From: Candidatus Tepidifontimicrobium thermophilum
GTDB lineage: Bacteria > Sysuimicrobiota > Sysuimicrobiia > Sysuimicrobiales > Sysuimicrobiaceae
Length of the DNA: 64,000 nt
Direction of reading: 5' to 3'
Assembly: GCA_031459915.1 (NCBI GenBank)
Contig: JAVKHO010000014.1
Coordinates: 1-64,000, forward strand
In this document: piece after piece, positions 10,375 through 20,349 of the stretch
How positions within the stretch are numbered: position 1 is the first letter of the stretch
Layout: each line of letters opens with the position of its first letter
The notes under the pieces: model-generated
What the model saw: the letters and a program-made list of their open reading frames with translations, nothing else
Told to the model about the DNA's origin: nothing
The model's database searches: none
Program-made: the position numbers and the translations under genes

Positions 10375-10439
10375 ACTCCGCACCGAATCCCCGGGCGGGG
10401 CCACGGCGCCCGTCGCGAAACGCGCTGGAGGGGGGAACG

Positions 10440-11795
10440 GTGATGCGTCACCGGTTCGAACGGGTCACCCGACGTCGTTTCCTGAAGGACACTGCCCGGG
10501 CCGCTTCTGCTTTGGCGCTGTCCGCCTGGGGCCTGGAAGCAGGCCGCAAGGCCTCGGACGCTCAGGAGCTCACGTTCCCCGTGGAGCGCGGCGCCAGCCT
10601 GCGGGTGTTGCGTTGGTCCCAGTTCGTGACCACCGACCGGCCCATCTTCGAGGAGAACGCGGCGCGGTTCACCCAGCGCACCGGGGTCCCCGTCCGGGTG
10701 GAGTACGAGACGTGGACGGACGTACAGCCGAAGGCGGCGGCCGCCGCCAACGTGGGCAGCGGCCCGGACATCGTGATCGGGTTCTTCGACGAGCCGCACC
10801 TTTGGGCAGACAAGCTGGTCCCGGTGACGGACCTGGCGCAGTACCTGGGCCGCAAGTACGGCGGCTGGTTCGACGTCTGTCCCCAGTACGGCTACAGCCC
10901 GCAGCGGAACGCGTGGATCGCCATCCCCATCGGCGCACCGGGCGTGGCCCTGAACTACCGGATCTCCTGGGTCCGGGAGGCGGGGTTCGACCCCGACCCG
11001 GCCCGGTTCCCCAAGACCACCGACGACTTCCTGCGCCTGTGCCGCGCCCTGAAGGCCCGCGGCCACCCCACGGGGTTCGCCCTGGGCAAGGCAGTCGGCG
11101 ACGGCAACACCTGGGTGCACTGGTGCCTGTGGGCCTTCGGGGGACGGGCGGTGGCTCCCGACAACCGGACCATCACCATCAACTCCCCGGAAACCGCCAA
11201 CGCCCTGGAGTACGCGCGGGCTCTGTACGAGACCATGATCCCCGGCGTGGCGGGCTGGCTGGACCCGCACAACAACCGGGCCTTCCTGGCCGGCGAGGTC
11301 TCCCTGACCAACAACGGCATCAGCATCTACTTCGCGGCGAAGAACGACTTCCCGGAGATCGCCCGGGACATGAACCACGCCTTCTTCCCGGTGGGCCCCG
11401 TGGGCCGACCCACAGAGCTCCACCTCTTCAGCCAGGCGTACATCTTCAACTACACCCGCTACCCGAACGCCGCCAAGGAGTTCCTGCGGTGGATCATGGA
11501 GGACACCCAGTACGGCCGGTGGATCAACGGGATGCTGGGCTACGTGTCCCACCCCCTGAAGGCGTACACGGACCTGGCGGTGTGGCGGGCGGACCCGAAG
11601 CACCTGCCGTTCCGGGACGCGGTGGCCCGCATGCTGCCGCACTCGTATGCGGGCCGGCCGGGGCCGGAGGCCGCCCGGGCCCTAGCGGAGTTCGTGATCG
11701 TGGACATGTTCGCGGACGCCTGCACGGGCCGCCGCAGCGTGCGGGACGCCATCCGCGCCGCGGAGGATCGGCTGCGGCGCATCTACCGCAGCTAG
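10440..11795 (+). CDS. Carbohydrate-type (CUT1) ABC substrate-binding protein with Tat signal
   Basis: TRRRFL twin-arginine signal; family-1 SBP-like; followed by two EAA-motif permeases. Confidence 0.85.
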   Translation: MMRHRFERVTRRRFLKDTARAASALALSAWGLEAGRKASDAQELTFPVERGASLRVLRWSQFVTTDRPIFEENAARFTQRTGVPVRVEYETWTDVQPKAAAAANVGSGPDIVIGFFDEPHLWADKLVPVTDLAQYLGRKYGGWFDVCPQYGYSPQRNAWIAIPIGAPGVALNYRISWVREAGFDPDPARFPKTTDDFLRLCRALKARGHPTGFALGKAVGDGNTWVHWCLWAFGGRAVAPDNRTITINSPETANALEYARALYETMIPGVAGWLDPHNNRAFLAGEVSLTNNGISIYFAAKNDFPEIARDMNHAFFPVGPVGRPTELHLFSQAYIFNYTRYPNAAKEFLRWIMEDTQYGRWINGMLGYVSHPLKAYTDLAVWRADPKHLPFRDAVARMLPHSYAGRPGPEAARALAEFVIVDMFADACTGRRSVRDAIRAAEDRLRRIYRS

Positions 11796-11796
11796 G

Positions 11797-12723
11797 ATGG
11801 ACCGGCTGGAGGCCAGCCTCCCGCGGGTAGCCGCGCGGCGCGCCGCGGCGGGCAGCCTCCTGGAAAACCGGGACGCCCTGGGATGGGCTATGGTCGCCCC
11901 GGCCCTGTTTTTGCTGGGCGCCTTCCTGGCCTACCCGTTCCTCCTCGGCGTCTGGCTCAGCTTCACCGACAGCCGCATCGCCAACCCGGGCCGGTTCGTG
12001 GGGCTGGAGAACTTCCGCTACCTGGTCGGGGACGGGGTGTTCCGCCTCGCGGTGCTGAACACCCTCCTGTACGCGGGCGTGGCGGTGGTCCTGAAGTTCG
12101 TGCTGGGCTTCGCCCTGGCCCTCCTGGTCGACCGGGAGTTCCGGGGCAAGCGGTTCGTACGGGCGGCCATGCTCCTGCCGTGGATCGTGCCCACCTCCCT
12201 GTCGGCTCTGGTGTTCTACTGGATCTACGACAGCCAGTTCAGCGTCCTGACGTGGGTGCTGCGGGCGGTGGGGCTGGTCGACCGGTCCGTCAACTACCTG
12301 GGCGACCCGAACCTGGCCCGGGCCTCTTTGATCGCCGCCAACGTGTGGCGCGGGGTTCCCTTCTTCGCCATCGGCCTGCTGGCGGGCCTGCAGACGGTCC
12401 CCCGGGAGCTGTACGAGGCCGCGGCCATGGACGGGGCAGGGCCCTGGGCCCGCTTCCGGTGGATCACGTGGCCGCTTCTGGTGCCGGTCGCGGTGGTGGT
12501 CACGGTCTTCAGCACCATCATGACGGTGGGAGACTTCCAGCTCATCTGGATCGTCACGAAGGGAGGGCCGGCCAACGCCACTCACCTCTTTGGCACCCTG
12601 GCCTACCAGCGGGCCGTCCAGGGCGGCTTCCTGGGCGAGGGGGCCGCGGTGGCGGTGTTCGTGTTGCCGGTCCTGGTGGCGTGCGTGGCCCTGGCGTACC
12701 GGGCGCTGCGGCGGGAGGACTGA
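11797..12723 (+). CDS. Carbohydrate ABC permease (MalF/UgpA-like)
   Basis: FVGLENF, LYEAAAMDGA, TKGGP. Confidence 0.9.
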   Translation: MDRLEASLPRVAARRAAAGSLLENRDALGWAMVAPALFLLGAFLAYPFLLGVWLSFTDSRIANPGRFVGLENFRYLVGDGVFRLAVLNTLLYAGVAVVLKFVLGFALALLVDREFRGKRFVRAAMLLPWIVPTSLSALVFYWIYDSQFSVLTWVLRAVGLVDRSVNYLGDPNLARASLIAANVWRGVPFFAIGLLAGLQTVPRELYEAAAMDGAGPWARFRWITWPLLVPVAVVVTVFSTIMTVGDFQLIWIVTKGGPANATHLFGTLAYQRAVQGGFLGEGAAVAVFVLPVLVACVALAYRALRRED

Positions 12724-12724
12724 C

Positions 12725-13558
12725 GTGAACCGCCCCGCGGCCAGGCTCCTGACCTTCCAGCTCCCCCTGGCGGCATTTCTGGTGTTCCTGCTGTTCCCTT
12801 TCTACTGGATGCTGGTCACCGCCCTGAAGCCCAACCGGGACCTTTACAACCTGACCGTGAATCCCCTTTGGACCTGGACGCCCACCCTGGACCACGTGCG
12901 CCGGCTCCTGTGGGACACCCACTTTTTGCCCTGGATGCGCAACACCCTGGTGATCTCCGTGGGTGCCACCGCGCTGTCCCTGGCTGCCAGCCTGCTGGCC
13001 GCGTACGCCATCGGCCGGCTGCGCTTCCGGGGCTCAGGCGTCCTGGGCATCACCATCTTCCTCACGTACCTGGTACCTCCCGTGATCCTGTTCATCCCCT
13101 TGAGCCGAATCGTGTCCGCCCTGGGCCTGTGGGACCGGCCCGCGGCGTTGGTGCTCACCTACCCCACGTTCCTGGTACCCTTCTGCGTGTGGCTGCTGCT
13201 GGGCTACTTCCGGACCCTCCCCCGGGAGCTGGAGGACTGCGCGCGGGTGGACGGGGCCAGCCGGTTCCAGGTCATGCGGTACGTGACGTTCCCCCTGGCG
13301 CTACCGGGCATCCTGTCCTGCTTGATCTTCGCGTTCACCCTCTCGTGGAACGAGTACCTCTACGCCCTGGTCTTCCTGTCCTCCACGGACCAGAAGACGG
13401 TCCCCGTGGGACTGGCCACCGAGCTGGTCACCGGGGACGTGTTCCAGTGGGGTCCCCTCATGGCTGGCGCCCTGCTGGGGTCCGTGCCCGTGGCGGTGGC
13501 GTACTCGTTTTTCGTGGAGCACTACGTGGCGGCCCTGACGGGCGCGCTCAAGGAGTGA
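12725..13558 (+). CDS. Carbohydrate ABC permease (MalG-like)
   Basis: [22 protein letters not shown]. Confidence 0.9.
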   Translation: MNRPAARLLTFQLPLAAFLVFLLFPFYWMLVTALKPNRDLYNLTVNPLWTWTPTLDHVRRLLWDTHFLPWMRNTLVISVGATALSLAASLLAAYAIGRLRFRGSGVLGITIFLTYLVPPVILFIPLSRIVSALGLWDRPAALVLTYPTFLVPFCVWLLLGYFRTLPRELEDCARVDGASRFQVMRYVTFPLALPGILSCLIFAFTLSWNEYLYALVFLSSTDQKTVPVGLATELVTGDVFQWGPLMAGALLGSVPVAVAYSFFVEHYVAALTGALKE

Positions 13559-13571
13559 AGGAGGCGAGACC

Positions 13572-15233
13572 GTGCGCAGCGACACGTTGAAATCCGGGGT
13601 GGCCCGGTCGCCGGCCCGCGCCATGTTGCGGGCCGTGGGCCTCAAAGACGAGGACTTCCAGCTGCCCTTTGTGGGCGTGGTGAACACGTGGACGGACGGC
13701 ATGCCGTGCAACTTCCACCTGCGCGAGCTGGCCCAGGAGTTGCGGGCCGGCCTGCGGGAGGCGGGTGTGCTGGGGTTCGAGTTCGGCGCCCCCTCGGTGA
13801 ACGACGCCATGGCGATGGGCACGGAGGCCATGCGGGCCAGCCTGATCAGCCGGGAGGTGGTGGCGGACGCGGTGGAGGTGGTCGCCCACGGCTACCTGTA
13901 CGACGGGATGGCGGTGTTGGTGGGGTGCGACAAGACCATCCCCGGAGGAGCGATGGGGGTCATCCGGAGCGGGGTCCCAGGCATCGTCCTGTACGGCGGT
14001 ACCGTTGCCCCGGGGGTCCTGGACGGCCGGAAGCTGACCATCGTGGACCCCTTCGAAGCGGTGGGGAGGTTCAGCGCTGGCCAGATGAGCCGGGAGGAGT
14101 TCGAGGCGGTGGAGCGGCACGCGGTGCCCGGGGCCGGGGCGTGTGGGGGCCAGTACACCGCCAACACCATGGCCCTGGTGCTGGAGGCGCTGGGTCTGTC
14201 ACCGGTGGGCTACAACGCCATCCCTGCCACCGTCCCCGAAAAGAGGGAGGCCACCCGGAGAGCGGGTGCGATCCTGGCGGACGCGGTTCGGGCCGGCCGG
14301 ACGCCCCGAGACTTCCTGACCCGGCAGTCCTTCCTGAACGCCATCGCCACCGTGGCGGCCACGGGAGGGTCCACGAACGCGGTGTTGCACCTGCTGGCCC
14401 TGGCTCAGGAGGTAGGGGTCGCCCTGGAGCTGGACGACTTCGACCGGGTGTCGCGCCGCACGCCCGTGATCGCGGACCTGCGGCCGTGGGGCACCTACAC
14501 CGCCTGGGAGCTGTACGAGGCGGGCGGTACACGCCTGGTGTTCCGCCGGATGCTGGAGGCCGGCCTGCTGGACGGCGACCAGAGGACCATCACCGGTCGT
14601 ACCCTCTCTGAGGAGGTGGGCGCCCCGGAGGAGGCACCGGGCCAGCGGGTGGTGTGGTCCGCCGAAAGACCCCTCAAGCCGCACGGAGGGTTGGCGGTCC
14701 TGCGGGGGTCCCTCGCTCCGGAGGGTGCAGTGATCAAGGTGGCGGGTACCGAACGAATGCAGTTCCGCGGGCCTGCCCGGGTGTTCGACGGGGAAGCCGC
14801 CGCGCTGGAAGCGGTCCTGGGGGGGAGGATCCAGCCTGGAGACGTCGTGGTGATCCGCTACGAAGGGCCCAAGGGCGCCCCCGGGATGCCCGAGATGCTC
14901 TCGGTCACTGCGGCGCTGGTGGGGCGGGGACTCGGGCCGGAGGTCGCCCTGGTGACGGACGGCCGGTTCTCCGGCGGCACGCGGGGCCTGATGGTGGGAC
15001 ACGTAGCTCCCGAGGCGCAAGTGGGCGGGCCCATCGCTCTGGTACGCGAGGGTGACCCCATCGTCATCGACGTGGAGAGCAGGCGGCTGGACGTGGACGT
15101 GCCGCCCGAGGAGCTGCAGCGGAGGAGGGCGGAGTTCGTGCCACCGGCACCGCGGTACCGCGGGGGCCTGTTCGGCCGTTATGCATCCCTCGTGAGCTCC
15201 GCCTCGGAGGGCGCGGTCCTGAGGGTGGGGTAG
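13572..15233 (+). CDS. ilvD: Dihydroxy-acid dehydratase
   Basis: [46 protein letters not shown]. Confidence 0.92.
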   Translation: MRSDTLKSGVARSPARAMLRAVGLKDEDFQLPFVGVVNTWTDGMPCNFHLRELAQELRAGLREAGVLGFEFGAPSVNDAMAMGTEAMRASLISREVVADAVEVVAHGYLYDGMAVLVGCDKTIPGGAMGVIRSGVPGIVLYGGTVAPGVLDGRKLTIVDPFEAVGRFSAGQMSREEFEAVERHAVPGAGACGGQYTANTMALVLEALGLSPVGYNAIPATVPEKREATRRAGAILADAVRAGRTPRDFLTRQSFLNAIATVAATGGSTNAVLHLLALAQEVGVALELDDFDRVSRRTPVIADLRPWGTYTAWELYEAGGTRLVFRRMLEAGLLDGDQRTITGRTLSEEVGAPEEAPGQRVVWSAERPLKPHGGLAVLRGSLAPEGAVIKVAGTERMQFRGPARVFDGEAAALEAVLGGRIQPGDVVVIRYEGPKGAPGMPEMLSVTAALVGRGLGPEVALVTDGRFSGGTRGLMVGHVAPEAQVGGPIALVREGDPIVIDVESRRLDVDVPPEELQRRRAEFVPPAPRYRGGLFGRYASLVSSASEGAVLRVG

Positions 15234-15243
15234 AGGAGGGGCG

Positions 15244-15672
15244 TCAGCGCAGCCCGTACAGCATCCAGTACACCACCCAGCCGCTTCCGGCCACGTACAG
15301 CCACACCGGCAGGGTCCTCCGCGCGAGCCGCCGGTGGGCGTTGAACTCGCCACGCAGGGCCCGCCGGAGGGTGACCAGGACCATGGGCGCCAGCACCGCG
15401 GCCAACACCACGTGGCTGGCCAATACGATTAGGTAGGCCGTGCGCAGCCACCCGGTACCCTGAAAGGGTTTGGAACCGAGCAGGGCCCACCGGATCCCGT
15501 AGACCACCAGGAAGGCGGCGGCGAACGCGGAGGCGGTCAGCATGAACCGCCGGTGCCAGTCCACCCGCCGGGCCCGGATGCACAGGTAGCCCGCCACGAC
15601 TGCCAGTCCGCTCACCAGGATCAGGCCGGTGTTCAGCGGCGGGAGCCAGAGGAGGGTGCTGGACTCGCCCAC
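15244..15672 (-). CDS. DUF420-family membrane protein
   Basis: Four TM segments; HRRFML, SHVVLA, HRRLAR..PVWLYV..G.VVY. Confidence 0.8.
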   Translation of the reverse strand: MGESSTLLWLPPLNTGLILVSGLAVVAGYLCIRARRVDWHRRFMLTASAFAAAFLVVYGIRWALLGSKPFQGTGWLRTAYLIVLASHVVLAAVLAPMVLVTLRRALRGEFNAHRRLARRTLPVWLYVAGSGWVVYWMLYGLR

Positions 15673-15688
15673 GATCGGATAGCCTACC

Positions 15689-15697
15689 TGCTATAAT
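15689..15697 (+). promoter_or_regulatory. Extended -10 promoter for the glycosyltransferase cluster
   Basis: TGcTATAAT, a perfect extended -10 in a high-GC context. Confidence 0.65.
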
Positions 15698-15791
15698 GGT
15701 ACCGGATCCCCGGGGCGGTCGGACAATCGAGACCTCGTCGCGCGAACACGCGAGCCCGCAGTACCACGGGCTGCCGGGAGGAGGTGGTACG

Positions 15792-17003
15792 GTGAACGGT
15801 CCGCGTGTGGGCGAGACGAACCGCAACGCGTGGCTTCCCGCACGGGAGCCACCTACGGTGGCGTTGGTGTCCACCTACCCGCCCAGGGAGTGTGGGATCG
15901 CCACCTTCACCCGGGACCTCTCCCGGAACCTACGGGAGGCCGGGCTGCGGACGTGGGTGGTGGCCATGGACGAGGAGGGAGCCGGCTACGCCTACGGGCC
16001 CGAGGTCCGGGTACAGATCCACGAGGACGCCCTGGAGGAGTACCGCGCCGCCGCGGACGCCATCAACCGCAGCGACGCCCACGTGGTGAACTTGCAGCAC
16101 GAGTTCGGCATCTTCGGCGGCGAGTGGGGCGAGCACGTACTGGAGCTCGTGGAACGCCTGGACCGGCCCCTGGTGATCACTCTCCACACCGTGCTGCCGG
16201 ACCCTCCGCCGAGGGCGCGTCGGGTCGTCCGAGCGCTCTGCCGACGGGCTGCGGCCGTGGTGGTGATGAGCCCCTCGGCGGTGGATCTCCTGGAGGCGCG
16301 CTACGGGGTGCCGCGGACGCGGGTCCACGTGGTGTGGCACGGCGTGCCCACCATCGAGGCGGTGCCACGGGAGGAGGCAAAGCGACGCCTCGGGCTGGAG
16401 GGACGGCTGGTGGTGTCCACCTTCGGGCTAGTGAGTCCGGGGAAGGGCATCGAGGACGTCCTGGAGGCTCTCCCGGGGGTCGCACGACGCTATCCGCAGG
16501 TGCTGTACCTGGTCCTCGGCGAGACGCACCCCAACGTCCGCAGGAGGGAGGGGGAGCGCTACCGGAACATGCTGCTGGAAAAGGTCCGCGCGCTCGACCT
16601 CTCCCGCCACGTGCGGTTCGAGAACCGCTACCTGCGGGACGAGGAGATCGTGGCGTACCTCCAGGCCACCGACGTGTACGTGACGCCCTACCACAACCCG
16701 GACCAGATCGTGAGCGGGACCCTGTCGTGGGCCCTGGCGGCGGGGTGCGCGGTGGTGTCCACGCCTTACCGGTACGCGGTGGACGTGCTGTCCGACGGAC
16801 GGGGGGTGCTGGTGCCGTTCCAGGATCCCCAGAATTTGGGGCACGCCCTCCAGGAATTGCTGGGCGACCCGCAGAGGCGGACCCGGCTGGGCGAGCGCGC
16901 TTACGCGGCGAGCCTGTCCATGCGCTGGCCCCGGGTGGCAGCCCGGTACGCCTCCCTGTTTGAGCAGGCTGTGGAGCGGGCGGCCGCGGAGGCCGCGGTA
17001 TAG
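15792..17003 (+). CDS. Glycosyltransferase family 4
   Basis: STYPPRECGIATFT, QHEFGIFGG, TLHTV, KGIED, YVTPY..SGTL; GGAGGAGG RBS. Confidence 0.88.
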   Translation: MNGPRVGETNRNAWLPAREPPTVALVSTYPPRECGIATFTRDLSRNLREAGLRTWVVAMDEEGAGYAYGPEVRVQIHEDALEEYRAAADAINRSDAHVVNLQHEFGIFGGEWGEHVLELVERLDRPLVITLHTVLPDPPPRARRVVRALCRRAAAVVVMSPSAVDLLEARYGVPRTRVHVVWHGVPTIEAVPREEAKRRLGLEGRLVVSTFGLVSPGKGIEDVLEALPGVARRYPQVLYLVLGETHPNVRRREGERYRNMLLEKVRALDLSRHVRFENRYLRDEEIVAYLQATDVYVTPYHNPDQIVSGTLSWALAAGCAVVSTPYRYAVDVLSDGRGVLVPFQDPQNLGHALQELLGDPQRRTRLGERAYAASLSMRWPRVAARYASLFEQAVERAAAEAAV

Positions 17004-17049
17004 CTAGCCTTCCTGTCTGGCGAGCCCCTGTTCGCCTGAGGCGGACCTT

Positions 17050-18114
17050 ATGGGTAGCCTGGATCGCGTAGCCGCCAGCGGCCCCCCTGAACGCCGGGTC
17101 GGCGCCTTCCCGGGTCCGGTGGAGCGCCACCTGCGGGGATGGGTGCGGGTGGCGCACCTGCGGCGCATGACCGACTCTTTCGGGATGATCCAGTTCTCCC
17201 GCGGTCCGGTACCCGAACCGAAGACCGGGTACACGGCCGACGACAACGCACGGGCTCTGGTGGTGGCCGCCCGCCTCGGCTTGGAAGACCTCGCGGAGGT
17301 GTACCTGTCCTTTCTGGATCGCAGCCTCCGGCCGGACGGCTGGTTCCACAACCTGTGGCGCCAGGACCGAACTCCGGCTCCGGATGGGCAGTCTGAGGAC
17401 TGCCAGGGCCGCTGCCTGTGGGCTCTGGCAGAGGCAGCCGGCTCCGCCTTGCCCGCACATCTGCGCAGACGGGCGGAGTCCCTGCTGGAGCGGGCGCTAC
17501 CTACCGTGGGCCAGCTGCGCACTCCCAGGGGACGGGCCAATGCATTGATGGGCTTAGCGCGGCTGGCAGACCCCGTACCGCTGGCCGCGGTGGCGGAAGC
17601 GCTGTGTGATCAGCTGGCCGCGACGGACCCCGCGTGGCCCTGGCCGGAGCCCGTCCTCACGTACGAGCTGGGCCGCGTGCCTTGCGGTCTGCTGCGTGCC
17701 TCACGGGTAGGCCTCGAACGCTGGCGCCAGGTGGCGCTACGGACGCTGGACTTCCTTTTGGACGTGATGGTGGAGGACGGTACGGTGGTACCCGTCGGGA
17801 ACCGGGGTTGGTACTCCCGAGGCGGCCAGAAAGCCCGGTGGGACCAGCAGCCCGTGGACCCCGGGGCCCTCGTGGAGGCTTGCGTGGAGGCGTATGCCCT
17901 CACGGGCCAGGCTCGGTACCGGGAGGCGGCGCGCGCCGCCTGGGAGTGGTTCTGGGGTCGGAACCTCAAAGGGGCGGTCCTGGTGGACCCGTCTGGGGCG
18001 TGCCGGGACGGTCTGGGGGAAGACGGGGCGAGCGACAACCGAGGCGCCGAAGCGTGTCTTGCTTACCTTCTGGCCGCCCTGGCGTGGTCCGAGCTGGAGG
18101 TAGAAGGGCCGTGA
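17050..18114 (+). CDS. GT4-associated (alpha/alpha)-barrel glycoside hydrolase-like protein
   Basis: GYTADDNARAL, SEDCQGR, LTYE, DQQP, WFWGRN, CRDGL, NRGAE; a domain often fused C-terminally to this GT4 type. Confidence 0.7.
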   Translation: MGSLDRVAASGPPERRVGAFPGPVERHLRGWVRVAHLRRMTDSFGMIQFSRGPVPEPKTGYTADDNARALVVAARLGLEDLAEVYLSFLDRSLRPDGWFHNLWRQDRTPAPDGQSEDCQGRCLWALAEAAGSALPAHLRRRAESLLERALPTVGQLRTPRGRANALMGLARLADPVPLAAVAEALCDQLAATDPAWPWPEPVLTYELGRVPCGLLRASRVGLERWRQVALRTLDFLLDVMVEDGTVVPVGNRGWYSRGGQKARWDQQPVDPGALVEACVEAYALTGQARYREAARAAWEWFWGRNLKGAVLVDPSGACRDGLGEDGASDNRGAEACLAYLLAALAWSELEVEGP

Positions 18115-19154
18115 GGGTGGCGGTGCTGGCGCCGGTGGCCTGGCGGGTACCTCCCCGGCACTACGGGGGCTGGGAGCAGGCAGTAGCTACGCTCACGGAG
18201 TCCCTGGTGCGCCTAGGGGTGGACGTGACCCTGTTCGCCAGCGGCGACTCCGTCACCTCCGCCAGGTTGGAGAGCGTGATCCCTAGGCCCGTCCAGGAGG
18301 ACCCGGAGCTACGGGCCCGCAGCCGCGCGTACGAGATCCTGCACGCGGTCGCCTGCCTGCAGCGTGCGGAGGAGTTCGACCTGGTGCACAGCCACGCGGG
18401 ATCCTTCGTGGTGGGCTATGCGCCCTTCGTGCGGACCCCTCTTGTGGTGACGCTGCACGGCTCGGGCGCGGAGCCCGACAGCCAGGTGCTGTACCGTCAC
18501 TTCCGCCACCTCCCGTACGTGGCCATCAGTGAGGCCGAGCGCCGCCTGCTGCCGGACCTGAACTACGTGGCCACCATCCACCACGGGGTGGAGGTAGAAC
18601 GCTTCCCCTTCGAGGGACGCCACGGGGACTACCTGCTGTTCGTGGGCCGGATCGCCCGGGTCAAGGGCGTCCACCACGCCATCGCGGTGGCCCGCCGCAC
18701 CGGCATTCCCTTGGTCCTGGGCGGGATCGTGCCTCCCGAGGAAGAGGAGTACTTCCGCCGGGAAGTGGAACCGCACCTGGACGGGGAGCGGGTCCGGTTC
18801 GTGGGACCGGTGGACGCGGAGCAGCGGAACCGGCTTTGCTGCGGTGCCCTGGCGTTCCTGCACCTGGTAGAGTACGAGGAGTCCTTCGGCCTCACCATGA
18901 TCGAGGCGATGGCGTGCGGTCTCCCTGTAGTGGGCACCCGCCGGGGTTCGGTCCCGGAGGTGGTGGCGCAGGGCCGCACCGGCTTCGTAGTGGACCACCC
19001 GGAGCAGGCGGTGGAGGCCGTACGGAGAATCCGCCAGGTCTCCCGGGAGGCGTGCAGGGCCTGGGTGGCCGAGCGCTTCCACGCCCGGAGGGAAGCGGAA
19101 CTGCACGTGCGGGTCTACGAACAGGTCCTCCAGCAGGCTCGGGCCGGGGTTTAG
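18111..19154 (+). CDS. Glycosyltransferase family 4
   Basis: VPPRHYGG.E, FASGDS, TLH, GRI..KG, ESFGLTMIEAMACG. Confidence 0.9.
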   Translation: MRVAVLAPVAWRVPPRHYGGWEQAVATLTESLVRLGVDVTLFASGDSVTSARLESVIPRPVQEDPELRARSRAYEILHAVACLQRAEEFDLVHSHAGSFVVGYAPFVRTPLVVTLHGSGAEPDSQVLYRHFRHLPYVAISEAERRLLPDLNYVATIHHGVEVERFPFEGRHGDYLLFVGRIARVKGVHHAIAVARRTGIPLVLGGIVPPEEEEYFRREVEPHLDGERVRFVGPVDAEQRNRLCCGALAFLHLVEYEESFGLTMIEAMACGLPVVGTRRGSVPEVVAQGRTGFVVDHPEQAVEAVRRIRQVSREACRAWVAERFHARREAELHVRVYEQVLQQARAGV

Positions 19155-19171
19155 ACACGCTTGGCAGGCGT

Positions 19172-20194
19172 CTACGGCGCCTGCCCGTCCTGACGACTCC
19201 GCAAGGCGACCTCCCTGGCCCACGCCCACATGCGGTCCCGGGGCACCGTGGCCAGACACACCACGCTGTCCGCAGCCCCGTAGTACACGAGGATCTGCCC
19301 CCGGTAGTCCACGGCCCCGCACGAGAACACCACGTTGGGGACCAAGCCTTCCTGCTCGTACGGCTCCTCCGGTTCCAGGATCGGGCCGTCGCACCGGCCC
19401 AGCACCCTCCGAGGGTCGTCGAGGTCCAGCAGGGCCACCCCCAGACGGTAGGTTCGGGCTTCGTCCACGCCGTGGTAGATGAGGAGCCAGCCGTAGGGGG
19501 TGGCCAGGGGAGGGCCTGCGATCCCGATCCGGTTCCCGTCCCACATGCCTGGGCGCACCCGCAGGATGGGGCCGTAGTTGTGCCAGTGATGCAGGTCCCG
19601 GGACACTCCCAGGTGGATGTCAGGGAAGATGCGGTGCAGCAGCAGGTAGCGGCCCTCGAACTTTCGCGGGAACAGGGCAGCGTTCTTGTTGTCCCAGTTG
19701 CGGAAGGCGATGGCCCGGCGCCGGAAGTTCCGGAAGTCCCGGGTGGTGGCGATGGCGATGCGCGTCCTCCACGGCACTCCCGCGTCACCGAAGGGGGTGG
19801 GCCGCTTGGACGTCCGCGGCTTGAGGGCAGGGTACAGGGACGCGGCGGTGTAGCACAGGTAGTAGACGTCCCCCATCCGGGTCAGGCGTGGGTCCTCGAC
19901 GCCCAGGCGTTCCCAGGGGTTGTCCACCGCGGGCTCGAACACCGGGCGGGGGCTCCGGTACTCCACCGTGACGCCGTCCTCCGCCAGGATCGCCAGCCCG
20001 AACCGGGAGATCCAGTCCAGACCCTGGGCGCGGTACAGGAGGTGGACCCGGCCCCGGTACACCGCCGCGGCGGCGTTGTACACCCAGCGGTTCTCCCACC
20101 AGTTGTCGGTGGGTCGCAGGATGGGGTTGGCGGGGTGCCGCTGCAGCCGCGGCGCGGAGACGACCACGGGAGAGTGCTCGAGGGTCGACCGCAT
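19172..20194 (-). CDS. GH130-family glycosidase/mannoside phosphorylase
   Basis: NPIL.P, YNAAA, LLYRA, GVEDPRL, NKNAALFP, LLHR, YHGV, PNVVFSCG, YYGAAD. Confidence 0.88.
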   Translation of the reverse strand: MRSTLEHSPVVVSAPRLQRHPANPILRPTDNWWENRWVYNAAAAVYRGRVHLLYRAQGLDWISRFGLAILAEDGVTVEYRSPRPVFEPAVDNPWERLGVEDPRLTRMGDVYYLCYTAASLYPALKPRTSKRPTPFGDAGVPWRTRIAIATTRDFRNFRRRAIAFRNWDNKNAALFPRKFEGRYLLLHRIFPDIHLGVSRDLHHWHNYGPILRVRPGMWDGNRIGIAGPPLATPYGWLLIYHGVDEARTYRLGVALLDLDDPRRVLGRCDGPILEPEEPYEQEGLVPNVVFSCGAVDYRGQILVYYGAADSVVCLATVPRDRMWAWAREVALRSRQDGQAP

Positions 20195-20321
20195 GTCGTC
20201 CAGTTCTCCTTCCTCGCTTACCTCGCTTACGCGCTCCAGTTCAAGCGTGTTCCGGCCACCAAGACACCAGCATACTGCATGCCGCAAGGCCCACCCGGCC
20301 GCCCAGGGGCCGGGCGACTCA

Positions 20322-20349
20322 ACTTCGCATAATGTACGTTATGTCAAGT
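20322..20349 (+). other. dif: Probable dif site (XerC/XerD recombination site)
   Basis: ACTTCGCATAA-TGTACG-TTATGTCAAGT, 11-6-11 architecture; AT-rich island where gene orientation converges. Confidence 0.85.

Noticed and set aside
15763..15790. GTACCAC/GTGGTAC pairing near the GT4 RBS
   Set aside because: A single 7-bp stem is too weak a signal in this GC context
20212..20230. Tandem CCTCGCTTA x2 upstream of GH130
   Set aside because: Two short copies only; no array, probably chance
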